Source of the DNA: Paragordius varius
Taxonomy: Eukaryota > Animalia > Nematomorpha
Length of the DNA: 64,000 bases
Direction of reading: 5' to 3'
Assembly (NCBI GenBank): GCA_964247055.1
Contig: OZ176053.1
Coordinates: forward strand, 13,640,001-13,704,000
Shown here in pieces: positions 24,761 to 38,600 of the stretch. Each line of letters starts with the position of its first letter. Within the stretch, counting starts at the first letter, position 1. Below the pieces are notes generated by a model that ran no database searches, had not been told where the DNA came from, and was given only the letters and a program-made list of their open reading frames with translations. A program made the translations under genes and the position numbers.

Positions 24761-27700
24761 GGTCACCGGTGAACAAAATAATTTTTTATACATTCTCTTA
24801 GTAAGACTACATTAAATTATAGAGATAGTTTGACAAACTCTTTCATATCCGATTTTTACAACGATACTTTAAAAATTATGGTATTAAACCAGTCGCATCA
24901 ATACTCAAGTTAAACTTTGTCCTTAAAAATCGGATATTGGTCACCGGTGAACAAAATTATTTTTTATACATTCTCTTAGTAAGACTACATCAAAATATAG
25001 AGATAGTTTGACAAACTCTTTCATATCCGATTTTTACAACAATACTTTAAAAATTAATGTATAAAACTAGTCGCATGATTACTCAAGTTAAACTTTGTCC
25101 TTAAAAATCGGATATTGGTCACCGGTGAACAAAATAATTTTTTATACATTCTCTTAGTAAGACTACATCAAAATACAGAGATAGTTTGACAAACTCTTTC
25201 ATATCCGATTTTTACAACGATACTTTAATAATTATGGTATTAAACCAGTCGCATCAATACTCAAGTTAAATTTGTCCTTAAAAATCGGATATTGGTCACC
25301 GGTGAACAAAATAATTTTTTTTACATTCTCTTAGCAAGACTACATCAAATAATAGAGATAGTTTGACAAACTCTTTCATATCCGATTTTTACAACGATAC
25401 TTTAAAAATTAATGTATAAAACTAGTCGCATGATTACTCAAGTTAAACTTTGTCCTTAAAAATCGGATATTGGTCACCGGTGAACAAAATTATTTTTTAT
25501 ACATTCTCTTAGTAGGACTACATATAAATATAGAGATAGTTTGGCCAACTCTTTCATATCCGATTTTTACAACAATACTTTAAAAATTAATGTATAAAAC
25601 TAGTCGCATGATTACTCAAGTTAAACTTTGTCCTTAAAAATCGGATATTGGTCACCGGTGAACAAAATAATTTTTTATACATTCTCTTAGTAAGAGTACA
25701 TCAAAATACAGAGATAGTTTGGCAAACTCTTTCATATCCGATTTTTACAACGATAATTTAAAAATTAATGTATTAAACTAGTCGCATCAATAAGTCGCAT
25801 CAATACTCAAGTTAAACTTTGTCCTTAAAAATCGGATATTGGTCAACGGTGAACAAAATAATTTTTTATACATTCTCTTAGTAAGACTACATCAAAATAT
25901 AGAGATAGTTTGACAAACTCTTTAATATCCGATTTTTACTACGATACTTTATAAATTAATGTATAAAACTAGTCGTATCAAAAAGTCGCATCAATACTCA
26001 AGTTAAACTTTGTCCTTGAAAATCGGATATTGGTCACCGGTGAACAAAATAATTTTTTATACATTCTCTTAGTAAGAGTACATCAAAATACAGAGATAGT
26101 TTGGCAAACTCTTTCATATCCGATTTTTACAAGGATACTTTAAAAATTAATGTATTAATCTAGTCGCATCAATACTCAAGTTAAACTTTGTCCTTAAAAA
26201 TCGGATATTGGTCACCGGTGAACAAAATAATTTTTTATACATTCTCTTAGCAAGACTACATCAAATAATAGAGATAGTTTGACAAACTCTTTCATATCCG
26301 ATTTTTACAACGATACTTTATAAATTAATGTATTAAACTAGTCGCATCAATAAGTCGCATCAATACTCAAGTTAAACTTTGTCCTTAAAAATCGGATATT
26401 GGTCAACGGTGAACAAAATAATTTTTTATACATTCTCTTAGTAAGACTACATCAAAATATAGAGATAGTTTGACAAACTCTTTAATATCCGATTTTTACT
26501 ACGATACTTTATAAATTAATGTATAAAACTAGTCGTATCAAAAAGTCGCATCAATACTCAAGTTAAACTTTGTCCTTGAAAATCGGATATTGGTCACCGG
26601 TGAATAAAATTATTTTTTATACATTCTCTTAGTAAGACTACATCAAAATATAGAGATAGTTTGACAAACTCTTTCTATCCGATTTTTACAACGATACTTT
26701 AAAAATTAATCTATAAAACTAGTCGCATGATTACTCAAGTTAAACTTTGTCCTTGAAAATCGGATATTGGTCACCGGTGAACAAAATAATTTTTTATACA
26801 TTCTCTTAGTAAGACTACATTAAATTATAGAGATAGTTTGACAAACTCTTTCATATCCGATTTTTACAACGATACTTTAAAAATTATGGTATTAAACCAG
26901 TCGCATCAATACTCAAGTTAAACTTTGTCCTTAAAAATCAGATATTGGTCACCGGTGAACAAAATTATTTTTTATACATTCTCTTAGTAAGACTACATCA
27001 AAATATAGAGATAGTTTGACAAACTCTTTCATATCCGATTTTTACAACGATACTTTAAAAATTAATCTATAAAACTAGTCGCATGATTACTCAAGTTAAA
27101 CTTTGTCCTTAAAAATCGGATATTGGTCACCGGTGAACAAAATAATTTTTTATACATTCTCTTAGTAAGACTACATTAAATTATAGAGATAGTTTGACAA
27201 ACTCTTTCATATCCGATTTTTACAACGATACTTTATAAATTAATGTATTAAACTAGTCGCATCAATAAGTCGCATCAATACTCAAGTTAAACTTTGTCCT
27301 TAAAAATCGGATATTGGTCAACGGTGAACAAAATAATTTTTTATACATTCTCTTAGTAAGACTACATCAAAATATAGAGATAGTTTGACAAACTCTTTAA
27401 TATCCGATTTTTACTACGATACTTTATAAATTAATGTATAAAACTAGTCGTATCAAAAAGTCGCATCAATACTCAAGTTAAACTTTGTCCTTGAAAATCG
27501 GATATTGGTCACTGGTGAATAAAATTATTTTTTATACATTCTCTTAGTAAGACTACATCAAAATATAGAGATAGTTTGACAAACTCTTTCTATCCGATTT
27601 TTACAACGATACTTTAAAAATTAATCTATAAAACTAGTCGCATGATTACTCAAGTTAAACTTTGTCCTTGAAAATCGGATATTGGTCACCGGTGAACAAA

Positions 27701-30700
27701 ATAATTTTTTATACATTCTCTTAGTAAGACTACATTAAATTATAGAGATAGTTTGACAAACTCTTTCATATCCGATTTTTACAACGATACTTTAAAAATT
27801 ATGGTATTAAACCAGTCGCATCAATACTCAAGTTAAACTTTGTCCTTAAAAATCAGATATTGGTCACCGGTGAACAAAATTATTTTTTATACATTCTCTT
27901 AGTAAGACTACATCAAAATATAGAGATAGTTTGACAAACTCTTTCATATCCGATTTTTACAACGATACTTTAAAAATTAATCTATAAAACTAGTCGCATG
28001 ATTACTCAAGTTAAACTTTGTCCTTAAAAATCGGATATTGGTCACCGGTGAACAAAATAATTTTTTATACATTCTCTTAGTAAGACTACATTAAATTATA
28101 GAGATAGTTTGACAAACTCTTTCATATCCGATTTTTACAACGATACTTTAAAAATTATGGTATTAAACCAGTCGCATCAATACTCAAGTTAAACTTTGTC
28201 CTTAAAAATCGGATATTGGTCACCGGTGAACAAAATTATTTTTTATACATTCTCTTAGTAAGACTACATCAAAATATAGAGATAGTTTGACAAACTCTTT
28301 CATATCCGATTTTTACAACAATACTTTAAAAATTAATGTATAAAACTAGTCGCATGATTACTCAAGTTAAACTTTGTCCTTGAAAATCGGATATTGGTCA
28401 CCGGTGAACAAAATAATTTTTTATACATTCTCTTAGTACTACATCAAAATACAGAGATAGTTTGACAAACTCTTTCATATCCGATTTTTACAACGATACT
28501 TTAAAAATTATGGTATTAAACCAGTCGCATCAATACTCAAGTTAAATTTGTCCTTAAAAATCGGATATTGGTCACCGGTGAACAAAATAATTTTTTTTAC
28601 ATTCTCTTAGCAAGACTACATCAAATAATAGAGATAGTTTGACAAACTCTTTCATATCCGATTTTTACAACGATACTTTAAAAATTAATGTATAAAACTA
28701 GTCGCATGATTACTCAAGTTAAACTTTGTCCTTAAAAATCGGATATTGGTCACCGGTGAACAAAATTATTTTTTATACATTCTCTTAGTAGGACTACATA
28801 TAAATATAGAGATAGTTTGGCCAACTCTTTCATATCCGATTTTTACAACAATACTTTAAAAATTAATGTATAAAACTAGTCGCATGATTACTCAAGTTAA
28901 ACTTTGTCCTTAAAAATCGGATATTGGTCACCGGTGAACAAAATAATTTTTTATACATTCTCTTAGTAAGAGTACATCAAAATACAGAGATAGTTTGGCA
29001 AACTCTTTCATATCCGATTTTTACAACGATAATTTAAAAATTAATGTATTAAACTAGTCGCATCAATAAGTCGCATCAATACTCAAGTTAAACTTTGTCC
29101 TTAAAAATCGGATATTGGTCAACGGTGAACAAAATAATTTTTTATACATTCTCTTAGTAAGACTACATCAAAATATAGAGATAGTTTGACAAACTCTTTA
29201 ATATCCGATTTTTACTACGATACTTTATAAATTAATGTATAAAACTAGTCGTATCAAAAAGTCGCATCAATACTCAAGTTAAACTTTGTCCTTGAAAATC
29301 GGATATTGGTCACCGGTGAACAAAATAATTTTTTATACATTCTCTTAGTAAGAGTACATCAAAATACAAAGATAGTTTGGCAAACTCTTTCATATCCGAT
29401 TTTTACAAGGATACTTTAAAAATTAATGTATTAATCTAGTCGCATCAATACTCAAGTTAAACTTTGTCCTTAAAAATCGGATATTGGTCACCGGTGAACA
29501 AAATAATTTTTTATACATTCTCTTAGCAAGACTACATCAAATAATAGAGATAGTTTGACAAACTCTTTCATATCCGATTTTTACAACGATACTTTATAAA
29601 TTAATGTATTAAACTAGTCGCATCAATAAGTCGCATCAATACTCAAGTTAAACTTTGTCCTTAAAAATCGGATATTGGTCAACGGTGAACAAAATAATTT
29701 TTTATACATTCTCTTAGTAAGACTACATCAAAATATAGAGATAGTTTGACAAACTCTTTAATATCCGATTTTTACTACGATACTTTATAAATTAATGTAT
29801 AAAACTAGTCGTATCAAAAAGTCGCATCAATACTCAAGTTAAACTTTGTCCTTGAAAATCGGATATTGGTCACCGGTGAATAAAATTATTTATTATACAT
29901 TCTCTTAGTAAGACTACATCAAAATATAGAGATAGTTTGACAAACTCTTTCTATCCGATTTTTACAACGATACTTTAAAAATTAATCTATAAAACTAGTC
30001 GCATGATTACTCAAGTTAAACTTTGTCCTTGAAAATCGGATATTGGTCACCGGTGAACAAAATAATTTTTTATACATTCTCTTAGTAAGACTACATTAAA
30101 TTATAGAGATAGTTTGACAAACTCTTTCATATCCGATTTTTACAACGATACTTTATAAATTAATGTATTAAACTAGTCGCATCAATAAGTCGCATCAATA
30201 CTCAAGTTAAACTTTGTCCTTAAAAATCGGATATTGGTCAACGGTGAACAAAATAATTTTTTATACATTCTCTTAGTAAGACTACATCAAAATATAGAGA
30301 TAGTTTGACAAACTCTTTCATATCCGATTTTTACAACGATACTTTAAAAATTAATGTATTAAACCAGTCGCATCAATACTCAAGTTAAATTTGTCCTTAA
30401 AAATCGGATATTGGTCACCGGTGAACAAAATAATTTTTTTTACATTCTCTTAGCAAGACTACATCAAATAATAGAGATAGTTTGACAAACTCTTTCATAT
30501 CCGATTTTTACAACGATACTTTAAAAATTAATGTATAAAACTAGTCGCATGATTACTCAAGTTAAACTTTGTCCTTAAAAATCGGATATTGGTCACCGGT
30601 GAACAAAATTATTTTTTATACATTCTCTTAGTAGGACTACATATAAATATAGAGATAGTTTGGCCAACTCTTTCATATCCGATTTTTACAACAATACTTT

Positions 30701-33700
30701 AAAAATTAATGTATAAAACTAGTCGCATGATTACTCAAGTTAAACTTTGTCCTTAAAAATCGGATATTGGTCACCGGTGAACAAAATAATTTTTTATACA
30801 TTCTCTTAGTAAGAGTACATCAAAATACAGAGATAGTTTGGCAAACTCTTTCATATCCGATTTTTACAACGATAATTTAAAAATTAATGTATTAAACTAG
30901 TCGCATCAATAAGTCGCATCAATACTCAAGTTAAACTTTGTCCTTAAAAATCGGATATTGGTCAACGGTGAACAAAATAATTTTTTATACATTCTCTTAG
31001 TAAGACTACATCAAAATATAGAGATAGTTTGACAAACTCTTTAATATCCGATTTTTACTACGATACTTTATAAATTAATGTATAAAACTAGTCGTATCAA
31101 AAAGTCGCATCAATACTCAAGTTAAACTTTGTCCTTGAAAATCGGATATTGGTCACCGGTGAACAAAATAATTTTTTATACATTCTCTTAGTAAGAGTAC
31201 ATCAAAATACAGAGATAGTTTGGCAAACTCTTTCATATCCGATTTTTACAAGGATACTTTAAAAATTAATGTATTAATCTAGTCGCATCAATACTCAAGT
31301 TAAACTTTGTCCTTAAAAATCGGATATTGGTCACCGGTGAACAAAATAATTTTTTATACATTCTCTTAGCAAGACTACATCAAATAATAGAGATAGTTTG
31401 ACAAACTCTTTCATATCCGATTTTTACAACGATACTTTATAAATTAATGTATTAAACTAGTCGCATCAATAAGTCGCATCAATACTCAAGTTAAACTTTG
31501 TCCTTAAAAATCGGATATTGGTCAACGGTGAACAAAATAATTTTTTATACATTCTCTTAGTAAGACTACATCAAAATATAGAGATAGTTTGACAAACTCT
31601 TTAATATCCGATTTTTACTACGATACTTTATAAATTAATGTATAAAACTAGTCGTATCAAAAAGTCGCATCAATACTCAAGTTAAACTTTGTCCTTGAAA
31701 ATCGGATATTGGTCACCGGTGAACAAAATAATTTTTTATACATTCTCTTAGTAAGAGTACATCAAAATACAGAGATAGTTTGGCAAACTCTTTCATATCC
31801 GATTTTTACAAGGATACTTTAAAAATTAATGTATTAATCTAGTCGCATCAATACTCAAGTTAAACTTTGTCCTTAAAAATCGGATATTGGTCACCGGTGA
31901 ACAAAATAATTTTTTATACATTCTCTTAGCAAGACTACATCAAATAATAGAGATAGTTTGACAAACTCTTTCATATCCGATTTTTACAACGATACTTTAT
32001 AAATTAATGTATTAAACTAGTCGCATCAATAAGTCGCATCATTACTCAAGTTAAACTTTGTCCTTAAAAATCGGATATTGGTCAACGGTGAACAAAATAA
32101 TTTTTTATACATTCTCTTAGTAAGACTACATCAAAATATAGAGATAGTTTGACAAACTCTTTAATATCCGATTTTTACTACGATACTTTATAAATTAATG
32201 TATAAAACTAGTCGTATCAAAAAGTCGCATCAATACTCAAGTTAAACTTTGTCCTTGAAAATCGGATATTGGTCACCGGTGAATAAAATTATTTTTTATA
32301 CATTCTCTTAGTAAGACTACATCAAAATATAGAGATAGTTTGACAAACTCTTTCTATCCGATTTTTACAACGATACTTTAAAAATTAATCTATAAATCTA
32401 GTCGCATGATTACTCAAGTTAAAATTTGTCCTTGAAAATCGGATATTGGTCACCGGTGAACAAAATAATTTTTTATACATTCTCTTAGTAAGACTACATT
32501 AAATTATAGAGATAGTTTGACAAACTCTTTCATATCCGATTTTTACAACGATACTTTAAAAATTATGGTATTAAACCAGTCGCATCAATACTCAAGTTAA
32601 ACTTTGTCCTTAAAAATCAGATATTGGTCACCGGTGAACAAAATTATTTTTTATACATTCTCTTAGTAAGACTACATCAAAATATAGAGATAGTTTGACA
32701 AACTCTTTCATATCCGATTTTTACAACGATACTTTAAAAATTAATCTATAAAACTAGTCGCATGATTACTCAAGTTAAACTTTGTCCTTAAAAATCGGAT
32801 ATTGGTCACCGGTGAACAAAATAATTTTTTATACATACTCTTAGTAAGACTACATTAAATTATAGAGATAGTTTGACAAACTCTTTCATATCCGATTTTT
32901 ACAACGATACTTTAAAAATTATGGTATTAAACCAGTCGCATCAATACTCAAGTTAAACTTTGTCCTTAAAAATCGGATATTGGTCACCGGTGAACAAAAT
33001 AATTTTTTATACATTCTCTTAGTAAGAGTACATCAAAATACAGAGATAGTTTGGCAAACTCTTTCATATCCGATTTTTACAAGGATACTTTAAAAATTAA
33101 TGTATTAATCTAGTCGCATCAATACTCAAGTTAAACTTTGTCCTTAAAAATCGGATATTGGTCACCGGTGAACAAAATAATTTTTTATACATTCTCTTAG
33201 CAAGACTACATCAAATAATAGAGATAGTTTGACAAACTCTTTCATATCCGATTTTTACAACGATACTTTATAAATTAATGTATTAAACTAGTCGCATCAA
33301 TAAGTCGCATCAATACTCAAGTTAAACTTTGTCCTTAAAAATCGGATATTGGTCAACGGTGAACAAAATAATTTTTTATACATTCTCTTAGTAAGACTAC
33401 ATCAAAATATAGAGATAGTTTGACAAACTCTTTAATATCCGATTTTTACTACGATACTTTATAAATTAATGTATAAAACTAGTCGTATCAAAAAGTCGCA
33501 TCAATACTCAAGTTAAACTTTGTCCTTGAAAATCGGATATTGGTCACCGGTGAATAAAATTATTTTTTATACATTCTCTTAGTAAGACTACATCAAAATA
33601 TAGAGATAGTTTGACAAACTCTTTCTATCCGATTTTTACAACGATACTTTAAAAATTAATCTATAAAACTAGTCGCATGATTACTCAAGTTAAACTTTGT

Positions 33701-34799
33701 CCTTGAAAATCGGATATTGGTCACCGGTGAACAAAATAATTTTTTATACATTCTCTTAGTAAGACTACATTAAATTATAGAGATAGTTTGACAAACTCTT
33801 TCATATCCGATTTTTACAACGATACTTTAAAAATTATGGTATTAAACCAGTCGCATCAATACTCAAGTTAAACTTTGTCCTTAAAAATCAGATATTGGTC
33901 ACCGGTGAACAAAATTATTTTTTATACATTCTCTTAGTAAGACTACATCAAAATATAGAGATAGTTTGACAAACTCTTTCATATCCGATTTTTACAACGA
34001 TACTTTAAAAATTAATCTATAAAACTAGTCGCATGATTACTCAAGTTAAACTTTGTCCTTAAAAATCGGATATTGGTCACCGGTGAACAAAATAATTTTT
34101 TATACATTCTCTTAGTAAGACTACATTAAATTATAGAGATAGTTTGACAAACTCTTTCATATCCGATTTTTACAACGATACTTTAAAAATTATGGTATTA
34201 AACCAGTCGCATTAATACTCAAGTTAAACTTTGTCCTTAAAAATCGGATATTGGTCACCGGTGAACAAAATTATTTTTTATACATTCTCTTAGTAAGACT
34301 ACATCAAAATATAGAGATAGTTTGACAAACTCTTTCATATCCGATTTTTACAACAATACTTTAAAAATTAATGTATAAAACTAGTCGCATGATTACTCAA
34401 GTTAAACTTTGTCCTTAAAAATCGGATATTGGTCACCGGTGAACAAAATAATTTTTTATACATTCTCTTAGTAAGACTACATCAAAATACAGAGATAGTT
34501 TGACAAACTCTTTCATATCCGATTTTTACAACGATACTTTAAAAATTAATGTATTAAACTAGTCGCATCAATACTCAAGTTAAACTTTGTCCTTAAAAAT
34601 CGGATATTGGTCACCGGTGAACAAAATTATTTTTTATACATTCTCTTAGCAAGACTACATCAAAATATAGAGATAGTTTGACAAACTCTTTCATATCCGA
34701 TTTTTACAACGATACTTTATAAATTAATGTATAAAACTAGCGTATCAATAAGTCGCATCAATACTCAAGTTAAACTTTGTCCTTAAAAATCGGATATTG

Positions 34800-37700
34800 G
34801 TCACCGTGGAACAAAATAATTTTTTATACATTCTCTTAGCAAGACTACATCAAATAATAGAGATAGTTTAAACTCTTTCATATCCGATTTTTACAACGAT
34901 ACTTTATAAATTAATGTATAAAACTAGTCGTATCAATAAGTCGCATCAATACTCAAGTTAAACTTTGTCCTTAAAAATCGGATATTGGTCACCGGTGAAC
35001 AAAATAATTTTTTATACATTCTCTTAGCAAGACTACATCAAATAATAGAGATAGTTTGACAAACTCTTTCATATCCGATTTTTACAACGATACTTTATAA
35101 ATTAATGTATAAAACTAGTCGTATCAATAAGTCGCATCAATACTCAAGTTAAACTTTGTCCTTAAAAATCGGATATTGGTCACCGGTGAACAAAATTTTT
35201 TTATACATTCTCTTAGTAGGACTACATATAAATATAGAGATAGTTTGGCAAACTCTTTCATATCCGATTTTTACAACAATACTTTAAAAATTAATGTATA
35301 AAACTAGTCGCATGATTACTCAAGTTAAACTTTGTCCTTAAAAATCGGATATTGGTCCCCGGTGAACAAAATAATTTTTTATACATTCTCTTAGTAAGAC
35401 TACATCAAAATATACAGATAGTTTGACAAACTCTTTCATAAATGATTTTTACAACGATACTTTAAAAATTAATGTATTAAACTAGTCGCATCAATACTCA
35501 AGTTAAACTTTGTCCTTAAAAATCGGATATTGGTCACCGGTGAACAAAATTATATTTTATACATTCTCTTAGTAAGACTACATCAAAATATAGAGATAGT
35601 TTGACAAACTCTTTCATATCCGATTTTTACAACGATACTTTAAAAATTAATGTATAAAACTAGTCGCATCAATACTCAAGTTAAACTTTGTCCTTAAAAA
35701 TCGGATATTGGTCACCGGTGAACAAAATAATTTTTTTACATTCTCTTAGTAAGACTACATCAAAATAGTTTGACAAACTCTTTCATATCCGATTTTTACA
35801 ACGATACTTTAAAAATTAATCTATTAAACTAGTCGCATCAACACTCAAGTTAAACTTTGTCCTTAAAAATCGGATATTGGTCACCGGTGAACAAAATAAT
35901 TTTTTAAACATTTTCTTAGCAAGACTACATTAAATTATAGAGATAATTTGACAAACTCTTTCATATCCGATTTTTACAACGATACTTTAAAAATTAATGT
36001 ATAAAACTAGTCGCATCAATACTCAAGTTAAACTTTGTCCTTAAAAATCGGATATTGGTCACCGGTGAACAAAAATATTTTTTATACATTCTCTTAGTAA
36101 GACTACATCAAAATATAGAGATTGTTTGACAAACTCTTTCATATCCGATTTTTACAACGATACTTTATAAATTAATGTATAAAACTAGTCGTATCAATAA
36201 ATCGCATCAATACTCAAGTTAAACTTTGTCCTTAAAAATCGGATATTGGTCACCGGTGAACAAAATAATTTTTTATACATTCTCTTAGTAAGACTACATC
36301 AAAATATAGAGATAGTTTGACAAACTCTTTCATATCCGATTTTTACAACGATACTTTAAAAATTAATGTATTTAACTAGTCGCATCAATACTCAAGTTAA
36401 ACTTTGTCCTTAAAAATCGGATATTGGTCACCGGTGAACAAAATAATTTTTTATACATTCTCTTAGCAAGACTACATCAAATAATAGAGATAGTTTAAAC
36501 TCTTTCATATCCGATTTTTACAACGATACTTTATAAATTAATGTATAAAACTAGTCGTATCAATAAGTCGCATCAATACTCAAGTTAAACTTTGTCCTTA
36601 AAAATCGGATATTGGTCACCGGTGAACAAAATAATTTTTTATACATTCTCTTAGCAAGACTACATCAAATAATAGAGATAGTTTGACAAACTCTTTCATA
36701 TCCGATTTTTACAACGATACTTTATAAATTAATGTATAAAACTAGTCGTATCAATAAGTCGCATCAATACTCAAGTTAAACTTTGTCCTTAAAAATCGGA
36801 TATTGGTCACCGGTGAACAAAATAATTTTTTATACATTCTCTTAGTAAGACTACATCAAAATATAGAGATAGTTTGACAAACTCTTTCATATCCGATTTT
36901 TACAACGATACTTTAAAAATTAATGTATTAAACTAGTCGCATCAATACTCAAGTTAAACTTTGTCCTTGAAAATCGGATATTGGTCACCGCTGAACAAAA
37001 TAATTTTTTATACATTCTCTTAGCAAGACTACATCAAATAATAGAGATAGTTTGACAAACTCTTTCATATCCGATTTTTACAACGATACTTTATAAATTA
37101 ATGTATAAAACTAGTCGTATCAATAAGTCGCATCAATACTCAAGTTAAACTTTGTCCTTAAAAATCGGATATTGGTCACCGGTGAACAAAATAATTTTTT
37201 ATACATTCTCTTAGCAAGACTACATCAAATAATAGAGATAGTTTGACAAACTCTTTCATATCCGATTTTTACAACGATACTTTATAAATTAATGTATAAA
37301 ACTAGTCGTATCAATAAGTCGCATCAATACTCAAGTTAAACTTTGTCCTTAAAAATCGGATATTGGTCACCGGTGAACAAAATTTTTTTATACATTCTCT
37401 TAGTAGGACTACATATAAATATAGAGATAGTTTGGCAAACTCTTTCATATCCGATTTTTACAACAATACTTTAAAAATTAATGTATAAAACTAGTCGCAT
37501 GATTACTCAAGTTAAACTTTGTCCTTAAAAATCGGATATTGGTCCCCGGTGAACAAAATAATTTTTTATACATTCTCTTAGTAAGACTACATCAAAATAT
37601 ACAGATAGTTTGACAAACTCTTTCATAAATGATTTTTACAACGATACTTTAAAAATTAATGTATTAAACTAGTCGCATCAATACTCAAGTTAAACTTTGT

Positions 37701-38600
37701 CCTTAAAAATCGGATATTGGTCACCGGTGAACAAAATTATTTTTAATACATTCTCTTAATAATACATCAAAATATAGAGATAGTTTGACAAACTCTTTCA
37801 TATCCGATTTTAACAACGATACTTTAAAAATTAATGTGTTAAACTAGTCGCATCAATACTCAAGTTAAACTTTGTCCTTAAAAATCGGATATTGGTCACC
37901 GGTGAACAAAATTATATTTTATACATTCTCTTAGTAAGACTACATCAAAATATATAGATAGTTTGACAAACTCTTTCATATCCGATTTTTACAACGATAC
38001 TTTAAAAATTAATGTATAAAACTAGTCGCATCAATACTCAAGTTAAACTTTGTCCTTAAAAATCGGATATTGGTCACCGGTGAACAAAATAATTTTTTTA
38101 CATTCTCTTAGTAAGACTACATCAAAATATAGAAATAGTTTGACAAACTCTTTCATATCCGATTTTTACAACGATACTTTAAAAATTAATCTATTAAACT
38201 AGTCGCATCACCACTCAAGTTAAACTTTGTCCTTAAAAATCGGATATTGGTCACCGGTGAACAAAATAATTTTTTAAACATTCTCTTAGCAAGACTACAT
38301 TAAATTATAGAGATAATTTGACAAACTCTTTCATATCCGATTTTTACAACGATACTTTAAAAATTAATGTATAAAACTAGTCGCATCAATACTCAAGTTA
38401 AACTTTGTCCTTAAAAATCGGATATTGGTCACCGGTGAACAAAAATATTTTTTATACATTCTCTTAGTAAGACTACATCAAAATATAGAGATTGTTTGAC
38501 AAACTCTTTCATATCCGATTTTTACAACGATACTTTATAAATTAATGTATAAAACTAGTCGTATCAATAAATCGCATCAATACTCAAGTTAAACTTTGTC
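34800..38600 (-). repeat. Transition zone with an internal duplication of about 2187 bp
   Basis: The private variants tatacagata (35411/37598) and tttcataaatgatt (35434/37621) have offset 2187, and ggtccccggt recurs alongside them. The second copy has one extra monomer at about 37720-37890. Confidence 0.82.

Larger units (their letters stand above)
8600..34800 (-). repeat. HOR domain 1: highly homogeneous, about 11 recurring monomer types in ordered modules
   Basis: Diagnostic monomers recur in fixed order, e.g. gtaggactacatataaat; ggtcaacgg...ctctttaatatc...ttactacg...tcaaaaagtcg...ccttgaaa; aagagtacat...acaaggata; ggtgaataaa...ctctttctatc; aaaatcagat. Boundaries are approximate. Confidence 0.88.
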
